A stretch of DNA of 64,000 nt from Candidatus Omnitrophota bacterium (GTDB lineage Bacteria > Omnitrophota > Gorgyraeia > Gygaellales > Profunditerraquicolaceae). Shown in pieces: positions 35,146-43,702 of this stretch; the stretch's first letter is position 1; each line of letters starts with the position of its first letter. A program made the position numbers and the translations under genes. The stretch is from NCBI GenBank assembly GCA_016867115.1, contig VGKG01000003.1:673-64672 (forward strand), read 5' to 3'. The notes under the pieces are model-generated. The model had not been told where the DNA came from, did no database searches, and worked only from the letters and a program-made list of their open reading frames with translations.

Positions 35146-36144
35146 ATGTTTAAGCGTTTAATCCTGATCAGCGTAATCCTTTTTGGCCTGGCCGCAGGGC
35201 CGCTTCATGCCTACTGGATCTGGACGCCCAAGACCGGAAAGTGGGTAAACCCTAAGACCCTGCCCAAGCCCACGCCTAAAGAGCAGTTTGAATACGCGAT
35301 GAGCTTCTATAATATCAAGAAGTTTAAAGAGGCGCGGATCGAGTTTAAGAAGCTCCTGAAGGCCTACCCTAAATCCTTTGAGGCCTCCGAAAGCCAGTAT
35401 TACCTGGGCCGGGTTGAGGAAGAGCAGGGCAATATCTATGAAGCCTACCTTGCCTACCAGATGCTCATCGATAAGTACCCTTTTTCCGAGCGGATCCAGG
35501 AAGTCAATGAGCGCGAATACAAGATCGCCGAGCGCTTTATGGCCGGCGAAAAACGCAAGGCCATGGGCGTTGCCCTTCCGGTAGAAAACCCGGCGATAGA
35601 GATCTTTACCAGGGTGGTGGAGAACTCCACCTACGGGCCGCTGGCGCCGAAAGCGCAGTATAAACTGGGGCTCCTCTTAAAGAGCCTGATGCGTTATTAC
35701 GAGGCAGAAGAGGCCTTCAATAAGCTGCTTGCCAATTATCCGGACAGCGAATGGGCGGAGGCGGCGAAGTTCCAGCTGGCGGAGAGCCGCGCGGCGGAGA
35801 GCCGCGGGCCCGAGTATGACCAGGGCGCGACCACGGAGGCGAAGCAGAAATTTGAGGACTTCATCAAGAGCCACCCGGACGCAGCACTCTCCCGCGAGGC
35901 ACAGAAGAATATCCAGCAGCTGCGGGTGAAAGAGGCGGCCAGCAATTATAATATCGGCCGTTTTTACGAGAAGCAGAAGGCTTATGAGGCGGCAAAGATC
36001 TATTACGATGAAGTGCTCAACAGCCTTCCGGACAGCGATTGGGCAAAGAAGGCCTCGGATAGGCTTGAGATAATCGAGAAGTTAACGGAGAAGAAAAATG
36101 TTGTGCCTAAGGGGAAGAAGAAAAAGCTTTTCTTTGGTTCTTAG
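35146..36144 (+). CDS. bamD: Outer membrane protein assembly factor BamD/YfiO-like TPR protein
   Basis: TPR repeats, YDQ.AT..A...F..FI..HPD, IGRFYEK; adjacent to lptE/holA. Confidence 0.78.
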   Translation: MFKRLILISVILFGLAAGPLHAYWIWTPKTGKWVNPKTLPKPTPKEQFEYAMSFYNIKKFKEARIEFKKLLKAYPKSFEASESQYYLGRVEEEQGNIYEAYLAYQMLIDKYPFSERIQEVNEREYKIAERFMAGEKRKAMGVALPVENPAIEIFTRVVENSTYGPLAPKAQYKLGLLLKSLMRYYEAEEAFNKLLANYPDSEWAEAAKFQLAESRAAESRGPEYDQGATTEAKQKFEDFIKSHPDAALSREAQKNIQQLRVKEAASNYNIGRFYEKQKAYEAAKIYYDEVLNSLPDSDWAKKASDRLEIIEKLTEKKNVVPKGKKKKLFFGS

Positions 36145-36667
36145 CCTGCTTTTGGCGGGCTCTTTGTTCCAGGCCGGCGGCTGCGGCTATACTACGCGTT
36201 CGGCGATCAGCAAGGAATACAGCACTATTTACATCACGCCTTTTGTGAACAAGGTGGATATCACCCAGGAATCCTATTCCCAGAATAAATACCGGATCTA
36301 CCGGCCGACGATAGAGTCGGACATTACCAAGGTGGTGATTGACAGGTTCCTCGTTGACGGCAACCTCAAGCCACTGAGAGAGGATTCCGCGGACCTCATC
36401 CTTAAGGGGGAACTGACGGAATACCGCCGCGACCCATTAAGATACGACGATAACGATAATGTCACCGAATACCGCATAAATCTTGTGGTCAATATTTCCC
36501 TCTACGACCGCAAAAACGATAAACTGCTTTGGGAGGAGAACGGTTTCACCGGAGACTACAGTTATTTCACCACCGGCAACTTAGCCGTCCCCGAAGAAGT
36601 CGCGGTAAATAATGCCCTGGACGACCTGGCGCGCAGGATCGTCGAGCGCGCAGTCGAACAGTGGTAG
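36098..36667 (+). CDS. lptE: LptE family LPS-assembly lipoprotein
   Basis: GCGY lipobox, TIYITPFVN, ADLILKGEL, LARRIV..W; context. Confidence 0.8.
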   Translation: MLCLRGRRKSFSLVLSLLLAGSLFQAGGCGYTTRSAISKEYSTIYITPFVNKVDITQESYSQNKYRIYRPTIESDITKVVIDRFLVDGNLKPLREDSADLILKGELTEYRRDPLRYDDNDNVTEYRINLVVNISLYDRKNDKLLWEENGFTGDYSYFTTGNLAVPEEVAVNNALDDLARRIVERAVEQW

Positions 36668-36671
36668 GCAT

Positions 36672-37358
36672 ATGGTCTATCTGTTTGTCGGAAGCGACCC
36701 ACCCGCCAAAGACGCCCAGCTGAAAAAGATCAGGCTGCAGGCCCTGGATCAGCACACCGAGCAGTTCAATCTGGATGTATTGTACGCAAGGGACACCTCT
36801 CTTAAAGAGCTGCAGGAGAAGCTGTTTTATCTTCCGGTAAAAAGCCTGAAGCGCGTAGTGGTGGTAAGGGGCGCAGAGGACCTGAAGGAAGAATCGAGGG
36901 AATACCTTGCGCAATACGTAAAAACTCCCCCTAAACAGACTATTTTGGTGCTGGATATCGATACCCGTCAGCAGAAAGGCGCGTTCGGGAAAAACGACAG
37001 ACTGGAGTCTTTTATCCGCCGGATATCCGGATACGCCAAGACTATCCGTTTCCAGGAAGACCCAAGGCCCGATACTTTCAGCCTCGGCAGGCAGATAAAC
37101 CTGAGGCGGCCTGACGCGGCCTTAAAGATCCTGCGTGAGCTGACGAGATTCAATGACGAAAGAAAGCTGGCGCCTCTGATCCTGGGGGTCCTGAGGGCTA
37201 ACTTCGAGAGGGAGGTCGCAGAACCGCTTGAGTTAAGAAGGAGGCTCAAGCTCCTTTTGGCCTGCGACCTGGAAATAAAAACGGGCAAACTTAAAGCCTC
37301 GTTTGCCCTGGAAAAACTGATCGTCGCTTTATGCGGCCTTAGAAAGGCGCTTCATTAA
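36672..37358 (+). CDS. holA: DNA polymerase III delta subunit-like (short)
   Basis: MVYLFVG, EQFN, RVVVVR, DLEIKTG..LEKLI; lptE-holA-rpsT synteny. Confidence 0.8.
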   Translation: MVYLFVGSDPPAKDAQLKKIRLQALDQHTEQFNLDVLYARDTSLKELQEKLFYLPVKSLKRVVVVRGAEDLKEESREYLAQYVKTPPKQTILVLDIDTRQQKGAFGKNDRLESFIRRISGYAKTIRFQEDPRPDTFSLGRQINLRRPDAALKILRELTRFNDERKLAPLILGVLRANFEREVAEPLELRRRLKLLLACDLEIKTGKLKASFALEKLIVALCGLRKALH

Positions 37359-37592
37359 GCGCGATTTTCTGCGGTTTGCGGTGGCGGGATGGATGATATT
37401 CTTCTTGGCTGCCTTGTCCAGCTGGGAGAATACCTTAGCCAGCATGGCCTTGGCTTCGGCGGCATTCTTCGCCGAGACAAGCGAGAGGAACTTCTTGATC
37501 GTTTTTTTCAGCTGTTGTTTAATTTTGAGGTTACGCAGGTGTTTTTTTCTGTCCGCGCGGTTTTTCTTCAATGAGGTTTTTCTTCTCGGCAT
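37329..37592 (-). CDS. rpsT: 30S ribosomal protein S20
   Basis: RN...K..LK..IKKF, LDKAAKKNIIHP..ANRRKSRL. Confidence 0.96.
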   Translation of the reverse strand: MPRRKTSLKKNRADRKKHLRNLKIKQQLKKTIKKFLSLVSAKNAAEAKAMLAKVFSQLDKAAKKNIIHPATANRRKSRLMKRLSKAA

Positions 37593-37669
37593 TTTTGTTC
37601 CTTTCGTGAGGCCGGATCCGGCCTTTAATAGTGAATAACAGTAGCTAAAGATAGCATAATTAGCCGGCT

Positions 37670-39214
37670 ATGTCAACAAACAAATCCGTCGCCCGCTGGG
37701 CAAGCACCATCGCCTTCGCCACCTTTTGTTCCCGGCTGCTGGGTTTTGTGCGCGATATCGTCATCGCCCGGCTTTTCGGCATCCGGGAGATCGCCCAGGC
37801 CTTTGTCGTCGCCTTCAGGATCCCGAACCTCTTCCGGGATTTTGTCGGAGAAGGCGCCGCCAACGCCAGCCTGGTGCCTGTCTTTAGCGAATATAGCCTA
37901 AAACAGGACAAAGAGGAGTTCTGGCGCCTGGCTAATGTGGTGTTGAACCTGCTGCTGGTCGTCCTTTCCGCAATCGTATTATTGGGCATAATTTTTTCTC
38001 CCCTGATCATCCGCCTGATCGCCCCCGGGTTCATCGCTTCTCCGGAGAAGTTCCTGGCCACGGTTAAGTTAAACCGGATTATTTTCCCTTATCTTTTATT
38101 GATCTGCCTGGCTGCCTATTCCACGGGGATCCTGAATTCCCTGAAGCATTTCAGTATCCCGGCGTTTGCGCCCTGTCTTTTGAATATTTCCATTATTATC
38201 TGCGCCCTCGCCTTTGGCGAGGGGATCGTAGGCCTGGCCTCGGGAGTCCTGATCGGCGGGATCCTGCAGCTTGCGATACAGATCCCCGTACTTTACAAAA
38301 AAGGGTTCCGGCTAAACCCTGCCGCAGGTTTCCGTCATCCCGAAGTAAAGACTATCGGTAGGCTGATGCTGCCGCGCATCGCCAGCTCCAGCATTTACCA
38401 GCTGAATAATTTTGTGGATTCCATCTTCGGGTCTCTGGTCTGGTTTGTGGGAGAGGGGGGTGTGGCGGTCCTTTATTTCGCCTACCGACTGATCCAATTT
38501 CCCCTCGGGATCTTCAGTAACGCCCTTTCCCAGGCGCTCCTGCCTACATTTTCCACCCAATCCCTGGAGCCGGACAGAGAGGGCCTGAAGAGCACGCTGG
38601 CCTGGGCCCTGCGCGCAGTCTCCTTCGTCATCGTGCCCGCGCAGGCCGCCTTTATCTTTCTGGCGAAACCGGTGGTCCTGGTGCTTTTCGGCGGCGGCAG
38701 ATTCGATTCAACCGCCGTAGATCTTACTGCCTCATGCCTCATCTTTTACAGTATCGGTCTGTCTGCCTATGGGGCAAATAAAATCTTACAGTCCTGTTTC
38801 TTTGGCCTGAAGGACACCCTCACGCCGGCAAAGATCTCAGGTTTGGCCCTCGGGATGAACATCGCGTTGAACTGCCTGCTTATGTTTCCCCTCAAGATCG
38901 CAGGCATAGCCCTGGCCACCTCTATTTCCGGGGTAGTATCATTCTTGGTACTTTTTAATATCCTCCGGCGCAAGATCGGTGATTTCCGGGTGGCAGAGGT
39001 CGTATTTTCTTTCGTACGCATAGCCCTGGCCAGCCTTTGCATGGGTCTGGTGGCTTATCTTTGTTTTTACAAGGGCCATTCCTTAAAGTTGAATAATTAC
39101 CTGAATCTGGGGCTTACGGTGTTTCTCAGCCTGTTTTCATATGCGGTTTTCTGCCTGCTTTTGGGGGTCAGAGAGATGCGCGAGCTCTGGCAGTGGGTAA
39201 GCCATAAAAAGTAA
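37670..39214 (+). CDS. murJ: Lipid II flippase MurJ
   Basis: SRLLGFVRD, AFRIPNLFR...EGA, RLIQFPLGIF. Confidence 0.96.
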   Translation: MSTNKSVARWASTIAFATFCSRLLGFVRDIVIARLFGIREIAQAFVVAFRIPNLFRDFVGEGAANASLVPVFSEYSLKQDKEEFWRLANVVLNLLLVVLSAIVLLGIIFSPLIIRLIAPGFIASPEKFLATVKLNRIIFPYLLLICLAAYSTGILNSLKHFSIPAFAPCLLNISIIICALAFGEGIVGLASGVLIGGILQLAIQIPVLYKKGFRLNPAAGFRHPEVKTIGRLMLPRIASSSIYQLNNFVDSIFGSLVWFVGEGGVAVLYFAYRLIQFPLGIFSNALSQALLPTFSTQSLEPDREGLKSTLAWALRAVSFVIVPAQAAFIFLAKPVVLVLFGGGRFDSTAVDLTASCLIFYSIGLSAYGANKILQSCFFGLKDTLTPAKISGLALGMNIALNCLLMFPLKIAGIALATSISGVVSFLVLFNILRRKIGDFRVAEVVFSFVRIALASLCMGLVAYLCFYKGHSLKLNNYLNLGLTVFLSLFSYAVFCLLLGVREMRELWQWVSHKK

Positions 39215-39224
39215 GGAGGTCAAT

Positions 39225-39755
39225 ATGACGCAGACAAGATCGCGTGGGATCGCTATTTTTGCCTGGGCTTTTATCGCGGTGAACGCATTCGGGCTATTGA
39301 ATATCCGCGGCTACTATATTACTTATTCTTTCCTGCCCCGCAGCGCCTTGATCGCGGTCCTGCTTTATGCCATCGCCTTTTTTGCCTGCGGTATTATTGC
39401 CGCGGTGAATGTGCTGCGGTTAAAGGAGTGGGCCAGGAGATTAATGCTGGTTATGGCTCTCCTGGGCATCGTGGATAATATCATCTTTGTGCCCCTGACC
39501 CACAGGTCCATACAGAATGTTTCGGCCGATCAGAAACTGATCGAGACCCTGAATGAGCAGTATGATAAGCTGCCGCAGGATTACCGCCGGAAGCTGGCGA
39601 TGTCTAAGGAGGCCTATGTGGACTCCATGCTCAAGACGGCTGTATTCGTTGCCCACCTGATCACCGGGATCATTGAGGTGGGCTTTACGATCATCTTCGG
39701 CTTTTTGATGTTCTGGTACTTCTTACGCCGCAAGGTCAGAGAAGAGTTTCATTAG
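39225..39755 (+). CDS. Hypothetical membrane protein (about 4 TM)
   Basis: AAGGAGG SD; hydrophobic segments; LKEWAR motif. Confidence 0.7.
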   Translation: MTQTRSRGIAIFAWAFIAVNAFGLLNIRGYYITYSFLPRSALIAVLLYAIAFFACGIIAAVNVLRLKEWARRLMLVMALLGIVDNIIFVPLTHRSIQNVSADQKLIETLNEQYDKLPQDYRRKLAMSKEAYVDSMLKTAVFVAHLITGIIEVGFTIIFGFLMFWYFLRRKVREEFH

Positions 39756-39939
39756 TTTTGCTTCCGGGCTTTGTTCGCGTGCGAAAATTTTTGCCGTCTG
39801 CGGCGGTTTACGGCTCACTTTCAGGCTGGATGCTAACGTTAGCTTCCCGCCTCCCGTTCGCCGTAATTCCTTGCAGACTGAAGCTATAGAGGGGCCAAAA
39901 ATTTTCTAATGCACGCTCACAAACCCTCCAGCAAAACTC
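39755..39939 (-). repeat. Dispersed palindromic element, copy B (inverted relative to 21737-21901)
   Basis: Reverse-complement alignment by eye, with two extra mutually complementary inserts. Confidence 0.88.
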
Positions 39940-39953
39940 TTTGAGAATCACTA

Positions 39954-41186
39954 ATGAGCAGTCTTAAAGAAAAGATCAGAAAATTTCCGGATGCGCCGGG
40001 AGTCTATCTCATGAAGGATAGCTCGGGCAGGATCATCTATGTGGGGAAGGCCAAGTCCCTGAAGAAGCGCCTGATGAGTTATTTCCGGGGCGGCCTCTCT
40101 GATAAGACGCGCATCCAGATGGCTTCGGTTGAGACGATAGAATACCGGCTCACTCCTACCGAAGGCCTGGCGCTTTTAATTGAAAACAGCCTGATCAAGC
40201 AGCACCAGCCTAAATACAATGTGTCGCTACGCGACAGCAAGGGCTATCCTCTGGTGAAGATCACTAATGAGGAATTTCCGGCCATCTGCATCACCCGTAA
40301 AAGAGAACCTGACAGAGCGCGCTATTTCGGCCCTTACACTAGCGCTAGTCTTCTGCGCGAGGCGCTGAAAGTCATCCGCCGCAACTTCCCCTACCGCTCC
40401 TGCCATAAGATGCCCGAAGAGGCCTGCCTGTATTACCGCATCGGACTTTCGCCTGCGCCCTGCGCGGGTAAGATCAGTAAGAGAGATTACGCCGCGACTA
40501 TCGAAAAGATCGCTATGATCCTGGAAGGAAAGACTGACGAGCTGGTCGCCCGGCTATCCAGAGAGATGCTTACCTTGGCCAGGCAAAAGGATTACGAGGC
40601 CGCAGCCAAGAGGCGCGACCAGATCAATGCCTTAAGTTCTTTGAGCGGTTCCCGTCCGGGTTTAAGCCGTAGCGACGAACTTCATGACCTGAAGGCGCGC
40701 CTGGGATTAGATAAACTGCCTGAGCGTATAGAAGCCTTTGATATCTCAAATATCTTCGGTAAAGAGGCGACCGGCTCGATGGTCAGTTTCTATAAAGGCG
40801 TTCCAGATAAGGATAACTACCGCCGCTTCCGGATCAAGACTGTCTCCGGGATCGATGATTATTCCATGCTGGCAGAGGTGGTCAGGCGCAGGTACGCACG
40901 CCTCAAAGAAGAGGGCCTTAAGTTTCCCGACCTCATCCTCATCGACGGCGGCCGCGGACACCTCTTTACCGCCAAAAAAGCCCTGGAGGAGGTGGGGGCA
41001 AAAGTTCCGTTTGCCAGCATTGCCAAGGAGAGAGAGCACATCTATACCCCGGAAAGGAAGGCGCCGATAAAGCTGGGAGAAGGCACTCCGGCCCTGAACC
41101 TGATCCGCCGCATCCGCGATGAGGCGCATCGCTTCGCAGTTTCGTATCACCATCTGCTTCGCCGTAAGAAAGTAATAGGGGAATAG
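39954..41186 (+). CDS. uvrC: Excinuclease ABC subunit C, compact form without C-terminal HhH
   Basis: PGVYLM, YVGKAKSL, RIEAFDISN, YRRF, DGGRG, RDEAHRFA. Confidence 0.92.
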   Translation: MSSLKEKIRKFPDAPGVYLMKDSSGRIIYVGKAKSLKKRLMSYFRGGLSDKTRIQMASVETIEYRLTPTEGLALLIENSLIKQHQPKYNVSLRDSKGYPLVKITNEEFPAICITRKREPDRARYFGPYTSASLLREALKVIRRNFPYRSCHKMPEEACLYYRIGLSPAPCAGKISKRDYAATIEKIAMILEGKTDELVARLSREMLTLARQKDYEAAAKRRDQINALSSLSGSRPGLSRSDELHDLKARLGLDKLPERIEAFDISNIFGKEATGSMVSFYKGVPDKDNYRRFRIKTVSGIDDYSMLAEVVRRRYARLKEEGLKFPDLILIDGGRGHLFTAKKALEEVGAKVPFASIAKEREHIYTPERKAPIKLGEGTPALNLIRRIRDEAHRFAVSYHHLLRRKKVIGE

Positions 41187-41187
41187 T

Positions 41188-41460
41188 ATGATTTCGCCGT
41201 TTGCCAGGAGAGTCTATAAAGCGGTTTGCGCGATCCCGATCGGCGAAACACGCAGCTACAAATGGGTGGCGAAAAAGGCAGGCAGGCCAAAGGCCGGCCG
41301 CGCAGTCGGGACTATCCTGAAAAACAATCCCTTTCCCTTGTTCATTCCCTGCCACCGCGTCATCCGCTCGGGCGGCGCGCCCGGCTCTTTTATCTGGGGC
41401 AGGAAGGCCAAAGAAAAGCTCTTGAATCTAGAGAGACAAATCCGGGAATCAGTGCTATAA
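41188..41460 (+). CDS. MGMT family methylated-DNA--protein-cysteine methyltransferase (single domain)
   Basis: IPIGETRSY, RAVG, IPCHRV. Confidence 0.88.
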   Translation: MISPFARRVYKAVCAIPIGETRSYKWVAKKAGRPKAGRAVGTILKNNPFPLFIPCHRVIRSGGAPGSFIWGRKAKEKLLNLERQIRESVL

Positions 41461-41493
41461 TAGTTTTTATTAATCAGCCTATCGGAGGCCAAG

Positions 41494-42564
41494 ATGGATA
41501 TAAAAATATTGATCAAACAGCTGGTGGAGAAGAACGGTTCGGATCTCTTTTACCGGGCCGGAGGCACCCCGCGCCTGAGGATCGACGGCAAGATCGTCAC
41601 CATAGAGGATAGGGTCCTCAGCGTCGATGACGTGATGCGGGCGACCGAGCAGCTGACTACCCCTAAGCAGCGCGACGCCTTCAAGAACAACCTGGACGTG
41701 GACTTTGCGGTCTATCTGGATGAGTTTGAGCGCAGGTTCAGGGTGAGTATCTTCATGCAGCGCAACTGGCCCTCCATCGTAGTGCGTAATGTCAACAGCA
41801 AGATACAGACCTTTGAGGAGCTGCGCCTGCCGGCGGAAATATTAAAAAAGCTCTCTATGGAGACGCGCGGCTTAGTGCTCCTTACCGGAAGCATGGGCAG
41901 CGGCAAATCCACCACCATCGCCAGCATGATCGAGTACATCAACTCCAGCTGTAAAAAGCACATCCTTACGGTCGAGGAACCCATCGAATACACCTTTAAG
42001 GATAAGAACTGCCTGATTAACCAGAGGGAGCTGGGGATAGACGTGGCATCTTATCCGGTGGCGTTGCGCGCCTTTACCCTGCAAAGCCCGGACGTGATCT
42101 TTATCGGAAACATCCGGGATTATGACACCATGTCCAGTGCCATCACCGCCGCCGAAACCGGGGTTCTGGTCTTAAGCACTCTGCATACGGTGAATGCCGC
42201 GCAGAGCGTCGAACGCGTGGTCAATTTTTTCTCGCCGCACCAGCATCAGGAGATCAGGAATCAGCTCTCAGGGTTGCTTAAAGGCATCATCTCCCTGCGT
42301 CTGGTGCCGCTAAAGGACGGTTCCGGACGCGTGCCTGCCTATGAAGTCATGCTGCTCACCCCCACTATCAGCCGCCTCATCCGGGAGGGAAAGTTCTGGG
42401 AGATACCCAAGTACATCGAAGAGGGAGAGGTCTTTGGGCTGCAGTCATTCAGCCAGTCGCTGGCCCGGTTAGTCAGGGAGGGCAAGGTCACCGAGGAAGT
42501 GGCTGGGGATTTTTCGGATAACCGCGATGAGTTCATCCTGCAGTTAAGGGGCATCAAGAAGTAG
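41494..42564 (+). CDS. PilT/PilU family type IV pilus ATPase
   Basis: GSMGSGKSTT, EEPIE, QRELG, PDVIFIGNIRD, STLHT. Confidence 0.9.
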   Translation: MDIKILIKQLVEKNGSDLFYRAGGTPRLRIDGKIVTIEDRVLSVDDVMRATEQLTTPKQRDAFKNNLDVDFAVYLDEFERRFRVSIFMQRNWPSIVVRNVNSKIQTFEELRLPAEILKKLSMETRGLVLLTGSMGSGKSTTIASMIEYINSSCKKHILTVEEPIEYTFKDKNCLINQRELGIDVASYPVALRAFTLQSPDVIFIGNIRDYDTMSSAITAAETGVLVLSTLHTVNAAQSVERVVNFFSPHQHQEIRNQLSGLLKGIISLRLVPLKDGSGRVPAYEVMLLTPTISRLIREGKFWEIPKYIEEGEVFGLQSFSQSLARLVREGKVTEEVAGDFSDNRDEFILQLRGIKK

Positions 42565-42573
42565 GAGTCACAA

Positions 42574-43702
42574 ATGCTAGAAGAAATAAAAGAAAAACTT
42601 TCCATTCTGGATCACCGGCTCCGGCAACTAAGAGGTTATCTTTGACATAGATCATAAAAAAGAACAGATCGAGGAATTGAACAGATTAATGTCCGGCCCC
42701 GGCTTTTGGGAGGATACCCAGAACAGCACCCGGGTAGTAAAACAGCTGAAAGAATTAAAGTCCTCAGTTGAGCCGTGGGAACTCGCCTTTAAAAAATACC
42801 AGGAATTTCTTGAGTTCGCCGAACTCCTTAAACCCGAAGATACCCAGCTGGCCGCAAATCTCATGCGGGACCTTGAAAATGTCTCCGCAGAGCTTGAGAA
42901 ATTAGAGTTCAATACGCTCTTTAGCGGGGAGTTCGACCGTAATAGCGCAATCCTGAGCATCAACGCCGGCGCCGGAGGCACTGAATCCTGCGACTGGGTA
43001 TCGATGTTATTGCGTATGTACAGCCGTTTTTCCGAGCGCCACGGATACAGCACAAGCACCATAGATATCCTGGCGGGAGAAGAGGCCGGCATAAAAAACG
43101 TGACTATTCTGGTCGAAGGCGGATACGCCTACGGGTATCTCAAGGCAGAGCGCGGGGTGCACCGCCTCGTGCGCATCTCGCCGTTTGACGCCAATAAGCG
43201 CCGCCACACTTCTTTCGCTTCGGTGGACGTGATCCCCGAGATAGAGGATGATGTGGAGGTGAAGATCGAAGATAAGGATCTGGCGATCGAGACCTTCCGC
43301 GCTTCGGGCCCGGGAGGCCAGCACATGCAGAAGACCGATTCCGCGGTCAGGATTACACACCTGCCTTCCGGCATCACTGTGCAGTCGCAGAATGAGCGCT
43401 CGCAGCATCAGAATAAACAGACGGCGCTGAAGATCCTGAAGGCCAGGATCTATGAGCTGGAGAGGGAGAAGAAGGAAGAGCAGCTTTTGAAGACCTATGA
43501 TGCGCAGAAGAAGAGGATCGAGTTCGGCTCCCAGATCCGCTCTTACGTGATGCACCCCTATAATCTGGTCAAGGACCACCGCACCGACTGCCAGACCGGC
43601 GACGTCAATAAGGTGATGGACGGCGGGATTGATGAGTTTATCGAGGAGTATCTGAAAAAGCAAAAGTTAAAAGGAAAAAGCGAGAATCATAAGGATGCTT
43701 AA
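42574..43702 (+). CDS. prfB: Peptide chain release factor 2, with programmed +1 frameshift at CTT-TGA-C (42640-42646)
   Basis: ATG 42574 is in frame to CTT TGA; the +1 frame continues into the ORF with SPF and GGQ motifs; internal SD-like AGAGGT. Confidence 0.95.
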
